The position numbers and the translations under genes were made by a program. Shown here in pieces: positions 59,601 to 64,000 of a stretch of 64,000 nucleotides of DNA. The DNA is taken from NCBI GenBank assembly GCA_030324005.1, contig JARDVH010000140.1, forward strand, positions 24,312,175 through 24,376,174, given 5' to 3'. Source of the stretch: Negaprion brevirostris. Its lineage: Eukaryota. The first letter of the stretch is position 1. Each line of letters opens with the position of its first letter. Under the pieces are notes generated by a model. It ran no database searches, was not told the DNA's origin, and saw only the letters and a program-made list of their open reading frames with translations.

Positions 59601-61559
59601 AAAGCAACTTCTAAATATCAAAACAAGCCAGCCAGCCTAGCTTTACAGAGATTGGGTGCCCATTTTAAAGGATGCCCCGATCTCAGTGCTGAGAAATAGG
59701 AAACCCTTCCCCTCACAATACACCTGGTGAAGCCCGCTGACAAGGAGAGCACCCCTAATGCCTCAGCATAGAGGTGCATCCTCCCCCATCACTGGAAGAA
59801 CAGATCGTCCCTCCTACACCGTGCAGGCATGAGGGTGACCTGACTCCCCCTCCTCCCAGGCAGAACCCTCACTTCTCCCCGCCCCCCACAAGACAGACAC
59901 TCTAAGGTGGGGACTCACCTCCTCAAACCACCCTCAATCTCCCTTCAGGCACCGCCCCTTGGCAGTGCCAATCTTGCATTGCCCTCTGGCATCCTGGCAG
60001 TGATGCTCTGATGTGATGCGTCTGAGGGGAGTGCATAGAGATAAATCCTGCACCCATGTGCTCCTCTGCTGCTGCCAGGCTGCACAGGGAGGGTTTCCAA
60101 AAGATCTGGTAATTCGGTGGACTTGAATTAGGATGAAGGGGTTGAATTTTGGGGACTCTTCGCAGGATGGTGGTCTAGCGGCTGCACTTGTCCCTGTTGC
60201 CCTGGCAAAGGTGGTAACTTCTAGAATGGTGATTTCATTAATGTGAAGGATTTTCAGTAATGTCTTTGTCCTTTAAAACATTGGGAGTGTCCTGGTCACT
60301 TTGATATCCATGCCCCATGTATAGCTGGATACTTTCAAAATCACTGCAGCACTCCATTTCACACTAGGGATTGGCTTAGGTGTTAAATAACCTCTTAAAA
60401 GTATCTGATAGAAAAGTCAGTTTTACCGGTAGATCCCCTTGTTTTCTCTCATGAGGCTCAGATGCCTGGAAATTTCTTTGAATAACAGCATGAACTAAGT
60501 TTCACTGGGCAGTTCCCCTTTTAACATTGAAAGGGTATTATCGAGTGTCTGGGTCCTTTGATGTATTTTGATTGACAGGTTGGATCACTTACCCGCTAGC
60601 CAGGAGCTTTTTTAAATTTTTCTTTCCCTTCATGGTTGAATGTTTCTCATGTGCTTTGAAAATATTTTGGTTAGAAAGAGGAACCGAAATACCATAATTG
60701 ATCCAAATATGTGCGTGTTAGATTGATTGGCCAAGCTAAATTGACCCTTAGTATCAGCAGGATTAGCAGGGTAAATATGTGGGGTTATAGGAATAGAGTG
60801 TGGGTGGGATTGCTGTTGGTGCAGGCTCAATGGGACGAATGGCCTTCTTTGGGGGGGGGTGTGGAGAGGGAGNNNNNNNNNNNNNNNNNNNNNNNNNNNN
60901 NNNNNNNNNNNNNNNNNNNNNNNNNGGTTATTTAAATAATTTATGCAGCTGTGCACCAATTTCTGGCACAGAGCTGATGGCTCTTGAAATCTGGCTGCCA
61001 GACGGAGGCCTAGGCATCCAGCGGGTAGCCCACGAAACGGCTTCTGCCTGAGTATCCCAGCCTGCTGTGCTACAAAATCAGTGCAGTGGGCTGGGAGAAT
61101 TGTCCTGGGCTGTTTATAAACATTGGAGTTGGGAACTACGTTGGCAGCAGGCCATCGGGATTAGACTATAAGATACAGGAGCAGAATTAGACCACTTGGC
61201 CCATTGAGTCTGCTCCGCGATTCCCAGTTAGAGTGAACAAAACTGAAGAATCCTGGCCATAGTGTTTTCTGTGATGTTTCTCTCGGCCAGAATATATGTT
61301 AATAACCTTCAAGGAACACTTTTTAAAATTTCTACAGCTAAATTCTTGACTTTGTCTTTTTTGTTGTACAGCTTTGAATCCTCTCCAGCTCCCATTGATG
61401 TTGATATAAAGGATCTGAATTCTGGAGATACTGACTGTACTTCTTAAAACTTTGTTTTCTATAGCTGACCACTCCAAAAGGCAGAGTCCCCCTTGTTCGG
61501 ATTCTGAATCCATGGGGATCGGGGCACAACATGGAATGGACAGGTGACTGGAGCGATGA
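41326..61559 (+). CDS. Calpain-family (peptidase C2, CysPc) cysteine protease, 5' part; 7 exons, continues beyond window
   Basis: In-phase GT-AG exons give WEDPEF, QGELGDCWF (catalytic Cys), [58 protein letters not shown] (His) and NPWG...EWTGDWSD (Asn). No stops or frameshifts. The paralog cannot be assigned by eye. Confidence 0.93.
42750..42925 (-). mobile_element. CR1 3' tail
   Basis: aagaaataggtgcaggagtaagccatt...ccccttgatccctttag. Confidence 0.75.
44016..44147 (+). CDS. Calpain exon (NYQKIIEEL...LWEDPEF...IKWMRTL)
   Basis: 132 nt, ttcag/GTAACT, start of the CysPc domain. Confidence 0.9.
44335..44515 (+). mobile_element. HE1-like SINE 3' part
   Basis: gtgcaggttaggtggattggccatgctaaattgcccc...(gattctat)n. 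Confidence 0.8.
45151..45263 (+). repeat. Direct repeat copy 1 (113 bp)
   Basis: Identical to 45781-45894 except for one 1-bp indel. Confidence 0.95.
45532..45676 (+). CDS. Calpain exon with catalytic Cys (DLHENAFF...IIQGELGDCWFWAS...VIPT)
   Basis: 145 nt, cttag/GTGAGA; read by hand, absent from the ORF track. Confidence 0.93.
45781..45894 (+). repeat. Direct repeat copy 2 (114 bp)
   Basis: tgtagagacatagtgagtaacttgacctg...gtaacaaaatgctgt. Confidence 0.95.
49524..49772 (+). mobile_element. HE1-like SINE
   Basis: tggtggcacagtggttagcattgcttcctcacagcgccaggga head. Confidence 0.85.
50115..51960 (+). mobile_element. GC-rich decayed transposon remnant, possibly the Myb/SANT-like region of a Harbinger element
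   Basis: Abrupt GC-rich block with many short shifting ORFs; weak resemblance near 50290-50360 to Harbinger Myb-like N-termini; family call tentative. Confidence 0.4.
51975..52272 (+). mobile_element. CR1 fragment spanning a gap
   Basis: [25 protein letters not shown] motif and (ttcttatg)n tail. Confidence 0.85.
52417..52600 (+). CDS. Calpain exon ([21 protein letters not shown]...EKAFAK)
   Basis: 184 nt, cacag/GTAAGT, phase 1 to 2. Confidence 0.93.
52960..53375 (-). mobile_element. CR1/L2-type LINE 3' fragment
   Basis: Tail acagcacagaaggaggccattcagcc and decayed C-terminal coding region. Confidence 0.7.
55410..55710 (-). mobile_element. HE1-like SINE nested in a Penelope-like palindrome (55289-55812)
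   Basis: ggaatcgaaccgggtccctggcgctgtgaagcagc head in reverse; flanked by inverted arms. Confidence 0.8.
55932..56112 (+). CDS. Calpain exon (LHGSYKAIEGG...ALMACGTGK)
   Basis: 181 nt, tgcag/GTTAGA, phase 2 to 0. Confidence 0.92.
56973..57044 (+). CDS. Calpain exon with catalytic His ([24 protein letters not shown])
   Basis: 72 nt, ttcag/GTAAAC. Confidence 0.93.
57503..57800 (+). mobile_element. HE1-like SINE, near full length
   Basis: ggcggcacggtggcacagtggttagcactgctgccacacagcgccagggacccaggttcaattc (Pol III A/B boxes) through atctatgattc. Confidence 0.9.
61465..61559 (+). CDS. Calpain exon with catalytic Asn (LTTPKGRVPLVRILNPWGSGHNMEWTGDWSD)
   Basis: 95 nt, tatag/GTAAGT; read by hand. Confidence 0.92.
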
Positions 61560-62633
61560 GTAAGTGTTAGCCTTGCAGCAATTGTATTGAGCTAAAGGAT
61601 GAGAAAGCTCATCAAGACTCTCTCTCAAAATTACTCGTTTCAAATTGGCAAATCCAGACACTTCCTCTTAAGCACTCACTTAACAATAAGCAATGTTGAA
61701 GCGATTAGTCATGGAATTGCCTGAGTTTAAACCAAGACCAGGATATCAGGATAATGCATTAAACTAATGTGCATTTAGCAGCGTTGCCTAACAATGCCAA
61801 GAATGATGAACTATGCACGTACCACCCACCCTGAGCCTGCGTGTGCACGAGAAGTCTGTGGTTTGTCGGGACTTGGAGTTCCTGACCTCCAATTTAAGTT
61901 TGGGTTTCGTAAAATGTGCTTCAACCACCCATATCAAAATGATTCTCACCTTCGAGATTCTAACAGAAACTGCTGTACCTCTGTGTTGTACCATCAGTCA
62001 ATTGCCTCTGCTGCCTCCTTGGCAATTGACATGTCGGTGGGAGACAGCGGGAGCAGAGAAAGTTTCCAGGGTCTCACCAATGGTGCATTGTCCAGATTAG
62101 CCATTGCACCTACGTGTCAGTAATGTAATGACTGAAGACCAATGCCTGGTTTTTGACGAGCAGGGACATTCAGGGGTGGGTATAAAGTCACCATCCAATT
62201 AAGGACACTGGGTGCACCCCTGGAAGCTGAAGGAACAGTATGAGCTTCTTCAGCAATGACAAAGTAACAGCTCCACTCTCAGAAGTGGGAGCTGCTGATG
62301 TAGGAAGAGAGGGAGAACGACAGGCTGCCTCAAAATGGGGAAAAGCCTCTGGAGAAGTTTTTAAATGGCAAAATTGCTTAGAAACCACAACTAGTAGATG
62401 GTCATCATGAATGTGAGGATGGTGGCAGGTGAGGTGAGGAAGGGGGGGTGCAGGGGCTGGGCTGGAAGTGGAGGTGGGGGCACATTCAACAAGGCAGTCA
62501 GTGGCGGGCAGTACTAGGATGGGAGACAGGGTTGGGAAAATCAAGAGTTTATCTGCTTCCAGTTCCATCGCCATGGCCTTTCGAAAATTTGGCCCATTTT
62601 TAATATTTCAGTCTTCCCTCTGATCACTAAACT

Positions 62634-62860
62634 AAAAGCAAAAAACTATGAATGCTGGAAGTCTGAAATAAATACAGAGAATGCTGGAAAAACTCAGCAG
62701 GTCTGGCAGCATCTGGAGAGAGAGAAGCTGAGTTAACGTTTCAAAATTGTATGACTTTTCAACTCCCTGGGTGAGTCATTTGGACCAAAACATGTTAACT
62801 CAGTTTCTGTCTCCACACAGGCTGCCAGACCTGCTGAGGTATAGCCAGAATTTTCTGTTT
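62634..62860. repeat. Palindromic Penelope-like terminus pair
   Basis: ctcagcaggtctggcagc...gagttaacgtt inverted to gttaactcag...gctgccagacctgctgag. Confidence 0.75.
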
Positions 62861-63439
62861 CTACCTCTGACCACTAGATGGCTGTATCCACCTTAACATT
62901 GCCTGTGTCATGGAACAGGCGGGTAGCACATCAGCTGCACCTTATGAATCTAGTTCGATTCTTTTAAAAGCATGGAAAACCCATCATTGTGAGCAATGGG
63001 AACCAATCTGTGCAACCAGGGAAATATCTGTCCATTAACATACTTCCCTTTTAAAAAAAACTTTTCTGAACTGAACTCAACATTCAAATAAACACAAAAT
63101 TGCACCTGGATGTAATTCTATTATTGTGCAATTAAACACTGGCCCTGACTTTCCTCCTCACCTGCCTGGCCTGGGTGTTGGTCTCAGATGGAATGTATAT
63201 CTGGGTGCAGGACACCTCCCACTTTATTGAAATGCTCTTCTGGCGTCGAAATCCTTGGACAATGCATTGGCAATTTAACTTCAAAGCCTCCATTCCTTCT
63301 TCCTTTATGGTAAACCTGGAAACTCTCACGTTCCAAATGGTCCCGTCAAGAGCCTTCTAGTCATGTATCTTCCTTCTGGTTGACAGTCTTGCACTTTTAC
63401 TGCTGAAACGGAGTAATCTTTGTTAAATTTGGGCATCTT

Positions 63440-63650
63440 GAGTCCAAAGATGTGCGACTTAGGTGGATTGACCAGGGTAAATCGCCCCTTTGTGTTCCAA
63501 GATATATTGGTTAGATGGGTTAGCCATGGTAAATGTGTAGCGTTAGGGAGATAGGGTGGGGGAGAGATAAGATACTCTATCGGAGAGTTGATGCAAACTC
63601 ATTGGGCCGAATGGTCTCCTGTGCTGTTGGGATTCTATGGTTCTATGACT
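63440..63650 (+). mobile_element. HE1-like SINE 3' part
   Basis: gtccaaagatgtgcgacttaggtggattg...gggccgaatggtctcctgtgctg; a similar fragment lies at 60710-60850. Confidence 0.75.
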
Positions 63651-64000
63651 TTTGTAAATTGACTTGAGATTTATGATCACTATATAAAAACATAATGATG
63701 AGACTTTGTGTACCCGAATACCATAGCTGCGCTTGTGCACACTTGCACTGAGCTTATGCGAACATTCATAAGTCATAAATTATGGCTTATTCCACCTGTA
63801 ATAATACTGTGCCCACTCTTGAACTGCAAGAAGCGACACTAGCCCTCCCAGCTTATTCACACACATCATATTATTTCTGTTTTAAACATTGCATTTTAAA
63901 GAGAAAAAGAAGGCTGGCATTCATGTAATGCTGTTCACAACCTTAGGCTGTCTGAAAATTCTTTGCAGCCAATGAAATGCTTTTCTCCAAGTATTCCATA

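Noticed and set aside
63175-63360. ORF with SDGMYIW, a candidate next calpain exon (DGEFWM)
   Set aside because: Poor match to the motif and no phase-2 acceptor context; the next exon probably lies beyond the window.

Overview
Vertebrate genomic DNA, very probably from a cartilaginous fish, judged from HE1/V-SINE-like, Deu-domain SINE, CR1 and Penelope-like repeats. It is a draft assembly with many N gaps. Two genes lie head-to-head. (1) PRPF8 is on the minus strand: 36 coding exons from the ATG at 36116 down to 2587, all GT-AG and in phase. The last exons lie left of the window, and a CpG-rich promoter sits at about 38370-38700. (2) A calpain-family cysteine protease is on the plus strand. 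Seven in-phase exons (41326-61559) carry the full Cys/His/Asn triad and the gene continues past the window. The calpain is the most unusual element. It has a 96-aa N-terminal extension starting with a myristoylation/palmitoylation-type motif (MGNSCSC), an intron pattern that matches no human calpain as I recall them, and a near-identical 113-bp direct repeat bracketing its catalytic-Cys exon. Other points of note: PRPF8 seems to lack one human intron, a retroposon tail supplies one PRPF8 acceptor's pyrimidine tract, and several palindromic Penelope-like termini carry degenerate hammerhead-like cores. Comparisons with human genes and repeat families are from memory and need database confirmation.
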